Of a DNA stretch of 64,000 nucleotides, positions 28,688 through 40,271 are shown in pieces; the first letter of the stretch is position 1; each line of letters begins with the position of its first letter. The stretch is taken from NCBI GenBank assembly GCA_947589425.1, contig CANQAV010000003.1:38186-102185 (forward strand), given 5' to 3'. This stretch comes from Candidatus Gastranaerophilales bacterium. Lineage in GTDB: Bacteria; Cyanobacteriota; Vampirovibrionia; Gastranaerophilales; Gastranaerophilaceae. The notes below the pieces were generated by a model. That model worked only from the letters and a program-made list of their open reading frames with translations, was not told the origin of the DNA and did no database searches. The translations under genes were made by a program, and so were the position numbers.

Positions 28688-31225
28688 TTATTCAAATATA
28701 TTTTTCTGTTCAACCGAACTTGCCAATTCTTCTTTTGCCTCTTCTATAAGGGCTTTTTTGCTTTTTTCATCTTCTTCGTCTTCATTCACAACCTTGTTAA
28801 CGGATACTACTTTATCATCTCCGTCAAGGCTTTGAACTTTAACACCGGTTGCGCTTCTGCCCTGACGTGAAATATCTGAAGCAGAAACTCTTGTAACAAC
28901 TCCGTTAGCCGTTACAACCATAATTTCATCCGTTTCTTTTACGATAGATAAATCAACAAGTCTTGAAGAGGATGATTTAAATTTAGTTGCTATAAGACCC
29001 AAACCGCCTCTGTTTTGAGTTCTGAATTCCGAAACTTTAGAGCGTTTTCCGAAACCGTCCGAAGTTATAACAAGCAAATCGGCATCATAATTTTTCGGAA
29101 CTACATCAGTACCTATGATTTCATCCTGCGCTCTTAATTTCATTGAGTTAACCCCTCGTGCGCTTCTGCCCAAAGGTCTTAAATCTTCAATCGGGAAGCG
29201 AATTGCCATACCGCAGGAAGTGCCTATTATAATTTCGTCATTTCCGTATGCAAGTTTTACCCAGTTCAGAGTATCATTTTCTTCCAAACCTATTGCAATT
29301 AAACCGTTTCTTCGAATTGAAGTGAAGTTATCAAGAGAAATTCTTTTGATATATCCTTTTTTGGTAAGCATAATAAGGTTTAAATCTTCCTTAAATTCGG
29401 ACACCGGAACAATTGCCGTTATTTTTTCATCCTGTTCAATCGGCAGTACGTTAATTATTGGCAATCCCTTTGATTGGCGGGAGCCTTCGGGAAAATCATA
29501 AACGGAAAGCGAATATACAAGCCCTTTTGATGAGAAGAACAATACTTTATCATGCATCATAGCAGTAAAGAAATGTGCAACATCATCATCCTCTTTTGTT
29601 TTCATTCCGCCTTTGCCTCTTGTTGCACGGTTTTGACGTACAAAAGTATCAAGAGGTGTTCTCTTAATATATCCTTGACGGGTGATAAACACAGCCATTT
29701 GAGTATTCGGAGTAAGGTCTTCAACGGACATTTCGCCGACTTCGGGAACAATAGCCGTTTTTCTTTCATCGCCGTATTTTTCTTTATCTTCAAGAAGTTC
29801 TACTTTAATTAAAGCAAGGATTTTTTCTCTTGAGGACAAAAGTTCTTCATATTCTTTAATTTTCTTTAATAGGTCGGCATGTTCGGCTCTGATTTTATCC
29901 TGTTCAAGTCCCGTTAATCTTCTTAATTGCATTTCCAGAATTGCATTTGCCTGTTCCGTATCAAGACCGAATTTTGAAATCAAGCCTTCTCTTGCGCTTT
30001 CGGTATTTGGTGATTTCTTTATCAATTCGATTACTTCATCCAATGAATTAAGAGCAATCATCAAACCTTCCAAAATATGCGCTCTTGAGCGTGCTTTTTT
30101 AAGGAAAAACATTGTTCTTCTTGTGATAACGTCAACTCTGTGTTCAACAAACTCGGATAAAACTTCATATAAATTTAACAATCTCGGCTGTTGACCCACA
30201 AGCGCCACCATATTAAAACCAAAGCTTGATGACATTGCCGTCTGTTTATAAAGATTGTTTCTTACAACATCGGGCTTTGCATCACGTTTTAATTCTATTA
30301 CTATTCTCATTCCTTCTCTGTCTGATTCGTCACGAAGGTCTGAGATGCCGTTTAATTTTCCTTCTTTTACAAGCTCCGCAATTTTTCTTATTAATTCGGC
30401 TTTGTTAACCTGATATGGAATTTCGGTTACAACAATTGCCGTTTTCCCTTGTCTGCCGGGAAGTTCTTCGATTGATGAAACGGCTCTCATTTTAATTGAG
30501 CCTCTTCCTGTTTCATAAGATTTTTTAATTTCGGAAGTGCCCACAATTGTAGCGCCCGTCGGAAAATCGGGACCTTTAATATATTGCATCAGTCCTTCCG
30601 TTGTAATGTCGGGATTATCAATAAGAGCAATTGTACCGTCTACAACTTCATCCAAATTATGAGGCGGAATATTTGTTGCCATACCTACGGCAATACCTGA
30701 AGTTCCGTTCAAAAGGAGCATAGGCAGTCTTGTAGGCAATACGGAAGGCTCTTCCAAAGAGCCGTCAAAGTTCGGCACAAAATTAACAGTTTCACAATCT
30801 ATATCAGCAAGCATTGCGGTTGTAATTTTGTGCATTCTTGCTTCCGTATAACGCATTGCGGCAGCGCCGTCGCCGTCTACCGAGCCGAAATTTCCGTGAC
30901 CGTCAACGGTCAAATATCTTGTTGAAAAGTCCTGCGCCATACGAACAAGTGCTTCATATACCGAAGAATCGCCGTGGGGGTGATATTTACCCAAAACCTC
31001 TCCGACTATACGAGCGCATTTTTTAAAGGGCTTATCGGGTGTCATACCAAGTTCGTTCATTGCGAACAGTATACGTCTGTGTACGGGTTTTAATCCGTCC
31101 CTGACATCAGGGAGTGCACGTCCTACAATTACGCTCATTGCGTAATCTATATAACAGCGTTTCATTTCTTCACGAATATTAACGGGAACAATCTTTCCGT
31201 CATCGAACAGGGTAGTTTGTGCCAA
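28688..31225 (-). CDS. gyrA: DNA gyrase subunit A
   Basis: Motifs [36 protein letters not shown] and [10 protein letters not shown], plus C-terminal beta-pinwheel repeats. I prefer the TTG start at 31225, which has AAGGAG 6 nt upstream. The longest ORF begins at TTG 31267. Confidence 0.95.
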   Translation of the reverse strand: MAQTTLFDDGKIVPVNIREEMKRCYIDYAMSVIVGRALPDVRDGLKPVHRRILFAMNELGMTPDKPFKKCARIVGEVLGKYHPHGDSSVYEALVRMAQDFSTRYLTVDGHGNFGSVDGDGAAAMRYTEARMHKITTAMLADIDCETVNFVPNFDGSLEEPSVLPTRLPMLLLNGTSGIAVGMATNIPPHNLDEVVDGTIALIDNPDITTEGLMQYIKGPDFPTGATIVGTSEIKKSYETGRGSIKMRAVSSIEELPGRQGKTAIVVTEIPYQVNKAELIRKIAELVKEGKLNGISDLRDESDREGMRIVIELKRDAKPDVVRNNLYKQTAMSSSFGFNMVALVGQQPRLLNLYEVLSEFVEHRVDVITRRTMFFLKKARSRAHILEGLMIALNSLDEVIELIKKSPNTESAREGLISKFGLDTEQANAILEMQLRRLTGLEQDKIRAEHADLLKKIKEYEELLSSREKILALIKVELLEDKEKYGDERKTAIVPEVGEMSVEDLTPNTQMAVFITRQGYIKRTPLDTFVRQNRATRGKGGMKTKEDDDVAHFFTAMMHDKVLFFSSKGLVYSLSVYDFPEGSRQSKGLPIINVLPIEQDEKITAIVPVSEFKEDLNLIMLTKKGYIKRISLDNFTSIRRNGLIAIGLEENDTLNWVKLAYGNDEIIIGTSCGMAIRFPIEDLRPLGRSARGVNSMKLRAQDEIIGTDVVPKNYDADLLVITSDGFGKRSKVSEFRTQNRGGLGLIATKFKSSSSRLVDLSIVKETDEIMVVTANGVVTRVSASDISRQGRSATGVKVQSLDGDDKVVSVNKVVNEDEEDEKSKKALIEEAKEELASSVEQKNIFE

Positions 31226-31345
31226 AGTAAGCTCCTTCTCAACTAGTCTATTGATAATATTATACAATAAAGGGAAAACTAATGCAAAAGAAGGAAAAGA
31301 ATTAATTTAATATCATTACAAAAAACAATATGCTACTATAAAGCT

Positions 31346-32581
31346 ATGAAAGGCAAATACCCGAGAGAATATTTTCATAATCCCGACATCAATAAGCCCC
31401 TTGAAGAAATATGGGATGATATTGATGCATACAGCGGTGAGTTTTTTGAGGACGAAAAAAACTACCATGAAAAAATTGATTTTGTTATTCCAATCCCGCC
31501 CCTTAAATATAAAAATAAAATAATAAAAGGAGCTATGTTCTCGCAGGGATTAGAATATATTTTAAAATTATTTCCTCAATTAAAAAGAATATTTTTTATG
31601 GGCGCATATACAATGTGGTCAAGCTATTCATGGTGCGATAAGGCGGATTTTTACCTTACATGCTATGAAAATAAGCCGAGAGAAGAATATCATAAAAGAA
31701 AATATCAAAATAAAAAAGATATCATTTTTATCCCGCTTCAGGATGCCGATTTTATAAATGAATATAAAATTGCGCCTGCTTTTAATAAAGAAAAAAATAT
31801 TGATATTTTAAGCGTTGCAACGGCGCTTGAAGTAAAAAATCTTCCCGTTGTGGCAGAAGCCGTTAAAATATATGCAAAAAAATATAACAGATTTCCTAAG
31901 ACAACCTTTGTTTTAGGGTCAAAATTAATTACAAAAAAAGAAGACGGCTCTTTGGATTATTCAAAAGAAAAAGAAGGAACTCAAAAACAGCTGAAAATGG
32001 TGGAAGAAATCCTAAAAGAAGATATAAAAAAAGTTGAATTTATCCCCTGGCTTGATCAAGCTGAGCTTATAAAATACTATACAAGAGCAAGATGCACTGT
32101 CTTAGCTTCTTTAATTGAAGGGAAAAACCGCTCAATAAATGAGTCAATGAGCTGTGATACACCTGTTATATTGTTTAAAGCGCATAATCAATGGGCAAGA
32201 GGTAATCATCCCCTATTTTTCTCAAACAGCGGAGAGCTCGTTGAAAAATTCTCTCCCGAAGCACTTTGCGACACTATAGATAAAGTTATATTCAACCAAA
32301 ATAAATATGAGCCGAGGAAAAATTATTTAATTTATAACGGAAGAAAAAACTTTGTAAATAAACTTGCAAATTATATACCCTACTACAGAGAAAATCTGCC
32401 CAACTTTAACCCCAGAAGCTTTGCTTCAAACCTCTGGATTGATTTAGCATGTCAAAATAATTATCAAATAGGCTACTATGACTTTTTATACGGTAAAAAC
32501 CCCGCAATTTTTCATGTCAGAGGTATTAAAGCCATTGAAAAGCTTGCAGATTTCTTCTTTAAAAGATTTGATATATTTTAA
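31346..32581 (+). CDS. Putative GT-B (family 1/4-like) glycosyltransferase
   Basis: The C-terminal half matches the Glycos_transf_1 pattern (IDILSVATALEVKNLPVV...; LASLIEGKNRSINESMSCDTPVILF). Confidence 0.55.
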   Translation: MKGKYPREYFHNPDINKPLEEIWDDIDAYSGEFFEDEKNYHEKIDFVIPIPPLKYKNKIIKGAMFSQGLEYILKLFPQLKRIFFMGAYTMWSSYSWCDKADFYLTCYENKPREEYHKRKYQNKKDIIFIPLQDADFINEYKIAPAFNKEKNIDILSVATALEVKNLPVVAEAVKIYAKKYNRFPKTTFVLGSKLITKKEDGSLDYSKEKEGTQKQLKMVEEILKEDIKKVEFIPWLDQAELIKYYTRARCTVLASLIEGKNRSINESMSCDTPVILFKAHNQWARGNHPLFFSNSGELVEKFSPEALCDTIDKVIFNQNKYEPRKNYLIYNGRKNFVNKLANYIPYYRENLPNFNPRSFASNLWIDLACQNNYQIGYYDFLYGKNPAIFHVRGIKAIEKLADFFFKRFDIF

Positions 32582-33066
32582 GGCAGCAGTTCAATTATTT
32601 TCGCAGTACCGAATTTATCAATTTTTACTTTCGCATAACCGCCTTTTGAAAGGCTTCTTTCAAATTCATGCGCTTTTTTTCGCTCCGTGAAATAGCTTTC
32701 TATTCCATAATTTATTTTGAGCATATCTTTTCTTTTGAACACAATTTTACCTTTTATATAAAGTTCGCTCTTCGGTTTATCAAGGGAAAAACCTTTAGGA
32801 TAAGCGATATTTCTTCTATCAGTATTTAATATTACATAAATCGGTTTATTGTAGTAACGGCCCTGAACAAGTTCTTGAGCATCTTTTATTTCCGTAATAT
32901 CGAATTTTAAATTAACATAATTTCCTCTTAAAAGCTCTCTGGGGTCAACGGGAGTTGTTTTTAGCAACACTTCTTTACCGAAGAAAAATACCGCCTCGTT
33001 ATATACCGCAAAAGAGCAAACCGTTAAAAACCAAAAAGCCATTATATAAAAAACTGTTTTTTTCAT
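32578..33066 (-). CDS. GDYXXLXY-domain membrane-anchored protein
   Basis: N-terminal anchor (MKKTVFYIMAFWFLTVCSFA). Motif variant RGNYVNLKF in DPRELLRGNYVNLKFDI. Confidence 0.7.
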   Translation of the reverse strand: MKKTVFYIMAFWFLTVCSFAVYNEAVFFFGKEVLLKTTPVDPRELLRGNYVNLKFDITEIKDAQELVQGRYYNKPIYVILNTDRRNIAYPKGFSLDKPKSELYIKGKIVFKRKDMLKINYGIESYFTERKKAHEFERSLSKGGYAKVKIDKFGTAKIIELLP

Positions 33067-33067
33067 A

Positions 33068-34207
33068 TTATTCTCCTTTTAGTTTTTTTCTTTTTTCACT
33101 GTAAATACCAAGCCCTATAAGGATTACACCGCCTAAGATAAAATAGAAAGCACCGAGGTGGTAATTAATTCCAAAACGTATATAATTTACAATCAAATAT
33201 ATTGCAAGCATTTTATTGGCAAGGTTAACAAATCCTTGTTCATCATTTTTATAACCCCAATAATATTGAAGGTAAATCATTAAAATAATGAAAATATTTG
33301 ATATGAGCCCCAATAAAAAGACATTAAATCCGTTTGCCAATGTAAGAATTAAAACGAAAAATAAAACTGCCGATAAATAATAAGATTCAATTTTTAACAA
33401 GCGCTCATCTTTATTTAAATACAGATTTATGACATTCCAAACAAGAAGAAAGCAAAGAGGAAGAACATAAAAGATTAAAGAGCCCGAAAGCTCAAGCTTC
33501 AAATTTGTTTCCCAAAAGGTTAAAATAAGCATAACGATATAAATTGCAAAAAGAGCGGTCAGTTTATATAAAACGGAAAAATTTCGATAATCTTGCCGAA
33601 CTTTTTTGACGTTTGCAAAAATGTAAAATAAGCCTCCCAAAAGAGAAGGTACATAAATAAACCAGATATATTCATTATCAAAAGGCAATTTTGCGTATGA
33701 AAATATTGTGAATAAAATAAATAAAACGCACGATAAAACATTTATTGCGCTGCTTTTGAATATAAAAGCAAGGGGGAAAACGCTTAAAAACCAAATAAAA
33801 TATAGAATGGGAGCATTTGCTTCAAAATTATATATTTGTCCGATAAGGTTATAGACAGAGCCTATTAATAATGTTGATAAAAATATCAAAGACGAGCCTA
33901 ATTTCGGAAATTTAGAATTTTCATATCTTAATTGATATCCGCCCCAAAAAGAGCCCAGTGCAAGCAAAAAAACTATTGAAATTTTAAGGAAATGTAATTT
34001 GTTTAACAATTCCAAAATCCAATTATTTGCGCTTATAAAAAGAATTATCCCGAAGCCCGTAAGAATTGTGCCTATGATATAAAGAGCAACTTGCATTCTA
34101 ACTTTTGCGGTTTTTTCTTTTTCTTTCCTGTAATCCTTTAAAAGGGTCAAATATTGTTCTTTTGAAATCATCCCTTTTACAAACCATCTGTCTAAAAATT
34201 TTTGCAT
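33068..34207 (-). CDS. Polytopic membrane protein, DUF2157-like
   Basis: 379 aa, about 10 hydrophobic helices, cytoplasmic N-terminal segment. Sits 1 nt upstream of the GDYXXLXY gene, a pairing I recall as recurrent. Confidence 0.55.
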   Translation of the reverse strand: MQKFLDRWFVKGMISKEQYLTLLKDYRKEKEKTAKVRMQVALYIIGTILTGFGIILFISANNWILELLNKLHFLKISIVFLLALGSFWGGYQLRYENSKFPKLGSSLIFLSTLLIGSVYNLIGQIYNFEANAPILYFIWFLSVFPLAFIFKSSAINVLSCVLFILFTIFSYAKLPFDNEYIWFIYVPSLLGGLFYIFANVKKVRQDYRNFSVLYKLTALFAIYIVMLILTFWETNLKLELSGSLIFYVLPLCFLLVWNVINLYLNKDERLLKIESYYLSAVLFFVLILTLANGFNVFLLGLISNIFIILMIYLQYYWGYKNDEQGFVNLANKMLAIYLIVNYIRFGINYHLGAFYFILGGVILIGLGIYSEKRKKLKGE

Positions 34208-34277
34208 TTCATATCTCCGTTAAAATTCATTTTATCATTTTGTTGTAAAAAAACATAGTTGATAATAAAATTAGCTT

Positions 34278-35396
34278 ATGGATAAAAAAATAAAAATAGC
34301 TCTTGTATTCGGCACACGCCCCGAAGCGATTAAAATGTGTCCTTTGGTTAAAAGATTAAAAGCAAATTCAAAATTTGAAACACTTACCATTGTAACGGCA
34401 CAGCACAGACAAATGCTTGACAGCGTGCTTGAACTGTTTAAGATTACCCCCGACTATGATTTAAATTTAATGAAACCCAATCAAAATCTTTGGGAATTAT
34501 CTTCCGAAATACTTTTAAAAACAAAAGAAGTATTTGAAAAAGAAAAACCCGATTTGGTTTTGGTGCACGGAGATACAACAACGGCAAGCATGAGTGCTTT
34601 AAGCGCATATTATTCCAAAATGAAAATAGGGCATGTCGAAGCGGGATTAAGGACGTTTGACAAAAATTATCCTTTCCCCGAAGAAATAAACAGGGTAATC
34701 GTAGATAGTGTATGTGATTTTATGTTCGCTCCGACAGAGCGTTCAATTGAAAATCTTAAAAATTCGGGAATTGCAAAAGGCATTTATAGAACCGGAAACA
34801 CGGTAATTGATGCACTTTTATATGTTGTTCAAAATAAAAGTTATGATTTAAGTTTTATCGGGCTGAATTCAAATTTAAAAACAATTCTTTTAACATCCCA
34901 CAGAAGGGAAAATTTTGGAAAACCGCTTGAGAATATATGTTATGCAATTAAAGAACTGGTTGAAAAAAACAAAGATATTCAAGTGGTTTATCCGATGCAT
35001 TTAAATCCCAATGTAAGAAATACTGTTATGCCCATACTTAAAGAGGTTGAAAGGGTTAAATTAATTGAGCCTTTGGATTATGTTCCGTTTTGTTTTTTGA
35101 TGAAACAATCTCACATAATTTTAACGGATTCCGGCGGAGTTCAAGAAGAAGCACCTTCTTTGGGAGTTCCCGTTTTTGTTTTGAGAGATGAAACCGAACG
35201 TCCCGAAGCTCTTGAATTTGGGGGAGTTAAACTCGTCGGCGCTCATAAAGAAAAAATTGTATCAAATGTTCAAACTCTGCTTGATGACAAAAAAGAATAC
35301 GACAAAATGTCAAAAGCAATAAATCCTTATGGGGACGGAAGAGCTTGCGAATATATTGAAAATATTATTGAAGAGCATTTTCTTAACCGTCAATAA
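34278..35396 (+). CDS. wecB: UDP-N-acetylglucosamine 2-epimerase (non-hydrolysing)
   Basis: 372 aa. Motifs FGTRPEAIKM, VHGDTTT, HVEAGLRT, TDSGGVQEEAPSLGVPV and NPYGDG. Confidence 0.92.
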   Translation: MDKKIKIALVFGTRPEAIKMCPLVKRLKANSKFETLTIVTAQHRQMLDSVLELFKITPDYDLNLMKPNQNLWELSSEILLKTKEVFEKEKPDLVLVHGDTTTASMSALSAYYSKMKIGHVEAGLRTFDKNYPFPEEINRVIVDSVCDFMFAPTERSIENLKNSGIAKGIYRTGNTVIDALLYVVQNKSYDLSFIGLNSNLKTILLTSHRRENFGKPLENICYAIKELVEKNKDIQVVYPMHLNPNVRNTVMPILKEVERVKLIEPLDYVPFCFLMKQSHIILTDSGGVQEEAPSLGVPVFVLRDETERPEALEFGGVKLVGAHKEKIVSNVQTLLDDKKEYDKMSKAINPYGDGRACEYIENIIEEHFLNRQ

Positions 35397-36750
35397 CGGG
35401 TTTCATTTTGTTTTTGAATTTGGTGGTTGCGCCGAAGAACAATAAATCTACTTTTCCCGTGGGGCCGTTACGCTGTTTTTCAACAAGAATTTGAGCTTTG
35501 TTTTTATATTCGGGATTTTCTTTATCGTAATATTCATCCCTGTGAACAAACATAACAACATCAGCATCCTGCTCAATTGCGCCTGAGTCCCTTAAGTCGG
35601 AAAGCATCGGACGTTTGTCGTTTCTTTCTTCCGTTTTTCTTGATAATTGAGAAAGGGCAATTATAGGAATATTTAATTCACGTGCAATTGACTTAAGACC
35701 CCTTGAAATACCCGCTATGGCTTGATTTCTGTCCATTGTGGATTTATCTTCAATTAACTGCAGATAATCTATTATTATAAGCCCCAAATCGGGATATTTT
35801 GTTTTAATTCTCCTTGCTTTGGCACGAATATCCGATAGGGTGACTCCCGAAGAATCATCTATCAATATCGGTGCTTCATGGAGCTTATTCATAACTTCAA
35901 ATATTTGCTGCCATTCTGATTCGTTTAATTCTCCCGTCCTTGCTCTTTGTGCATTAATTTCGGCTTCGGAACACAAAATACGCTGTGTTAATTGAGATGA
36001 AGCCATTTCCAAAGAAAATATCAAAACAGGTATATGCTGTACAATTCCGATATTTTGTGCGATGTTAAGCGCAAAAGCCGTTTTACCCATTGAAGGACGT
36101 GCCGCAAGAATAATTAAATCCGATTTTTGAAAACCCGCAAGCATTGCATCAAGGTCATAAAACCCGCTCGGTACACCGGTATATGAGCCTTTATTGTTAT
36201 AACGATATTCCAATTGCTCAATTGTTTCCATTAATAAATTTGTAATGGGCTGAACGTCTTTTGATGACTTTTGCTGGGCAATTTCAAAAATTGTTTTTTC
36301 GGCTATTTCAAGGGATGTGTCGGCTTCGGGATTTTTAAAAACTTCTTCAATAATTGTTGTGCCGGCATTTATCAGCTTCCTTTTAAGAGCATTTTCTTTG
36401 ATTATTTGAGCATAGTATTCAATATTGGATGATAAAACGGTATCTAAACCCAATTCGCTTAAATATTCAACACCGCCTATATCATCAAGCTTATTTCTTG
36501 AGCTGAAATATTCGGCAATTGAAAGTCCGTCAATGGGTTTATTTTGATTATTAAGAGTAAAGATTGCTTCATAAATTAATTTATTTTGAGGAGAATAGAA
36601 AAAATCAGGCTCCAAAATTTCAATAACCCTGTTAACACTTTCCGGATTAATCAAGATTGAGCCCAAAACCGCACATTCCGCTTCCAAATTATGCGGGGGG
36701 ACATGCTTAATTGAAGATACCGTTTGCGGTGGTTTAAACGCCATTTTCAT
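35383..36750 (-). CDS. dnaB: Replicative DNA helicase
   Basis: 455 aa. N-terminal PPHNLEAECAVLGSIL; Walker A ARPSMGKTAFALN; also IIDYLQL and LSQLSR. No intein. Confidence 0.95.
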   Translation of the reverse strand: MKMAFKPPQTVSSIKHVPPHNLEAECAVLGSILINPESVNRVIEILEPDFFYSPQNKLIYEAIFTLNNQNKPIDGLSIAEYFSSRNKLDDIGGVEYLSELGLDTVLSSNIEYYAQIIKENALKRKLINAGTTIIEEVFKNPEADTSLEIAEKTIFEIAQQKSSKDVQPITNLLMETIEQLEYRYNNKGSYTGVPSGFYDLDAMLAGFQKSDLIILAARPSMGKTAFALNIAQNIGIVQHIPVLIFSLEMASSQLTQRILCSEAEINAQRARTGELNESEWQQIFEVMNKLHEAPILIDDSSGVTLSDIRAKARRIKTKYPDLGLIIIDYLQLIEDKSTMDRNQAIAGISRGLKSIARELNIPIIALSQLSRKTEERNDKRPMLSDLRDSGAIEQDADVVMFVHRDEYYDKENPEYKNKAQILVEKQRNGPTGKVDLLFFGATTKFKNKMKPVIDG

Positions 36751-36939
36751 TCCTGCAAAATAACAAACTTTTCATGGCTATTCTACCATGGATATTATAC
36801 TTTAGTTTAGCAAAATTCTAACTTATTTATAATTCTTTATAATACCTAAAAATTCTAATATGAGTATATGCATGAATTGCCCCATTAATTATGCAAAATA
36901 AAAAAGATATGTAAATCTAACTGGTGATGGCAATACAGT

Positions 36940-36970
36940 GGGTTAAACCATAAGTTTAACCCCTTTTTTT
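36940..36970 (+). terminator. Orphan canonical intrinsic terminator on the plus strand
   Basis: GGGTTAAAC-CATAA-GTTTAACCC, then C and seven T. There is no plus-strand CDS upstream (dnaB is on the minus strand). Confidence 0.7.
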
Positions 36971-37092
36971 ATCCCGAGCCAAATGAGTCTTAGTTCGCAG
37001 GGCGAACTTGACGAACGACGGCGAGGGCATAAGAGTGCGAAGCCCGTGACGGCAGACCGTTGAGGTCTGGCGGACAGGGCGAAGACATTTCT
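36971..37092. repeat. 122-bp G+C-rich repeat, copy A
   Basis: Identical base-for-base to 37129-37250 by my reading. Contains hairpins AGTTCGC-AGG-GCGAACT and CAGACC-GTTGA-GGTCTG. Confidence 0.9.
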
Positions 37093-37128
37093 ATGGCGAC
37101 GTGGAAATCTCTGATTTCCTCAGGAGCA

Positions 37129-37250
37129 ATCCCGAGCCAAATGAGTCTTAGTTCGCAGGGCGAACTTGACGAACGACGGCGAGGGCATAAGAGTGCGAAG
37201 CCCGTGACGGCAGACCGTTGAGGTCTGGCGGACAGGGCGAAGACATTTCT
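37129..37250. repeat. 122-bp G+C-rich repeat, copy B
   Basis: Perfect copy of 36971-37092. The two copies are separated by a 36-bp spacer (37093-37128) that contains the hairpin GGAAATC-TCTG-ATTTCC. Confidence 0.9.
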
Positions 37251-37419
37251 GAATCCGAATGAAGCGAGCTTTAGTGCGAGGGCACTTAGCGAAAACTTGA
37301 CTGTAAATTCCCAAAAAGCGCATCTTAAATTTAGTACACTAACACCGGCAAACATTTTACATATTTTAAAAATTTTACCCCTACCCATACAATAATTAAG
37401 AAATTGTTTATTTTTTTAA

Positions 37420-39330
<1,911 letters not shown>

Positions 39331-39341
39331 CAAATTAAAAA

Positions 39342-39368
39342 AGAGCCCTTTAAAAAGGGCTCTTTTTT
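39342..39368. terminator. Bidirectional intrinsic terminator after dnaK
   Basis: AGAGCCCTT-TAAAA-AGGGCTCT flanked by A-run and T-run. Confidence 0.8.
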
Positions 39369-40257
39369 ATGCCGTTGTCGGGTCATTAAATATAATTTTT
39401 GATGATTTAAATAAATCGCCTTCTTTAATTTGTTGAAAATAATCTTTTGCCAAAATTTCGCTTTTTGAAACAAATTCAGCGTTGTTTTCTTTAAGAATTG
39501 CCATAATTTCTTTGGAATTCATAAAATAATCTTTAACTTTGATAAACAAAAGCGCATTTTTGTTTTTTTGTTTTACTTTTGAATAGATATATTTTATTGC
39601 ATCAACCAAATAAATGTTATACACGGAATCTATTGAAAAATTAATATAGTAATTATGATTATCTTTTGTTGATACTTCAAAATAGCCTAAAATTTGATTT
39701 TCCTCGTCGTTATAGAAAACATATTTTGAATATCCGTTAAAAAACTGATAATTTTCTCTTGAGAAGGTAAATCTGTTATAAGAATTAATGTTTTGGTTAT
39801 AAAATTCTTTTATTCCATTAACACTCTCTTTTTTAAATGGTCTTAGGATTAAAGAATAGCTTGAATTTATGGGATTAATTTTATACAGATGTTCCAGGGA
39901 GCACATTCTGAAATTTAATTCGTTTTTAAAAATATTCAATAATTCACTGTGCAATTCGTCAACAACAACATAAAACGAACTTGCGCCCTGCGCCCGATAG
40001 CGTGTTATAACATAATTTACAAGTTCTTTTGCAATGGAAGGGTTTTCCAAAATTAATTTTGTAATTTTAAATCGGCTGTTGCTTTTTGAATCTTTTTCAA
40101 GGGTTATAAGAGCTTGAATTTTATTGTCAACAAGGGCAACAAAACTTTCGTTTGCAAATTTCAGCCTTATTGGCAGAAGATGATTTATAAAGCAGAAAAA
40201 ACACTTTATAGGATTAAATTTAATTTTTGTAAAAACTATGTTTTTTATCTCAACCAT
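39367..40257 (-). CDS. Hypothetical protein, possibly tandem GNAT-like folds
   Basis: 296 aa. Only loose resemblance to acetyltransferase topology (…LVNYVITRYRAQGASSFYVVVDE…). Confidence 0.35.
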   Translation of the reverse strand: MVEIKNIVFTKIKFNPIKCFFCFINHLLPIRLKFANESFVALVDNKIQALITLEKDSKSNSRFKITKLILENPSIAKELVNYVITRYRAQGASSFYVVVDELHSELLNIFKNELNFRMCSLEHLYKINPINSSYSLILRPFKKESVNGIKEFYNQNINSYNRFTFSRENYQFFNGYSKYVFYNDEENQILGYFEVSTKDNHNYYINFSIDSVYNIYLVDAIKYIYSKVKQKNKNALLFIKVKDYFMNSKEIMAILKENNAEFVSKSEILAKDYFQQIKEGDLFKSSKIIFNDPTTA

Positions 40258-40271
40258 AAATTTATTTTATA

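Noticed and set aside
35383-35396. 14-nt convergent overlap of the wecB and dnaB 3-prime ends (and the 4-nt overlap at 9227-9230)
   Set aside because: This is ordinary compaction in a dense genome and nothing suggests a functional element.
36971-37250. CRISPR array, integron attC sites, or DGR template/variable repeat pair
   Set aside because: There are only two copies, 122 bp long, with a 36-bp spacer, so the geometry is not CRISPR. There are no RYYYAAC/GTTRRRY core sites and no intI gene, so it is not an integron. The copies are identical (no A-specific differences) and no reverse transcriptase is nearby, so it is not a DGR.
36990-37388. 132-aa minus-strand ORF (and the nested 67-aa ORF) spanning the 122-bp repeats
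   Set aside because: It exists only because the G+C-rich repeat lacks stop codons. The translation is Arg/Ser/Pro/Ala-rich, repeats itself, has no RBS, and its composition is unlike every real gene in this window.
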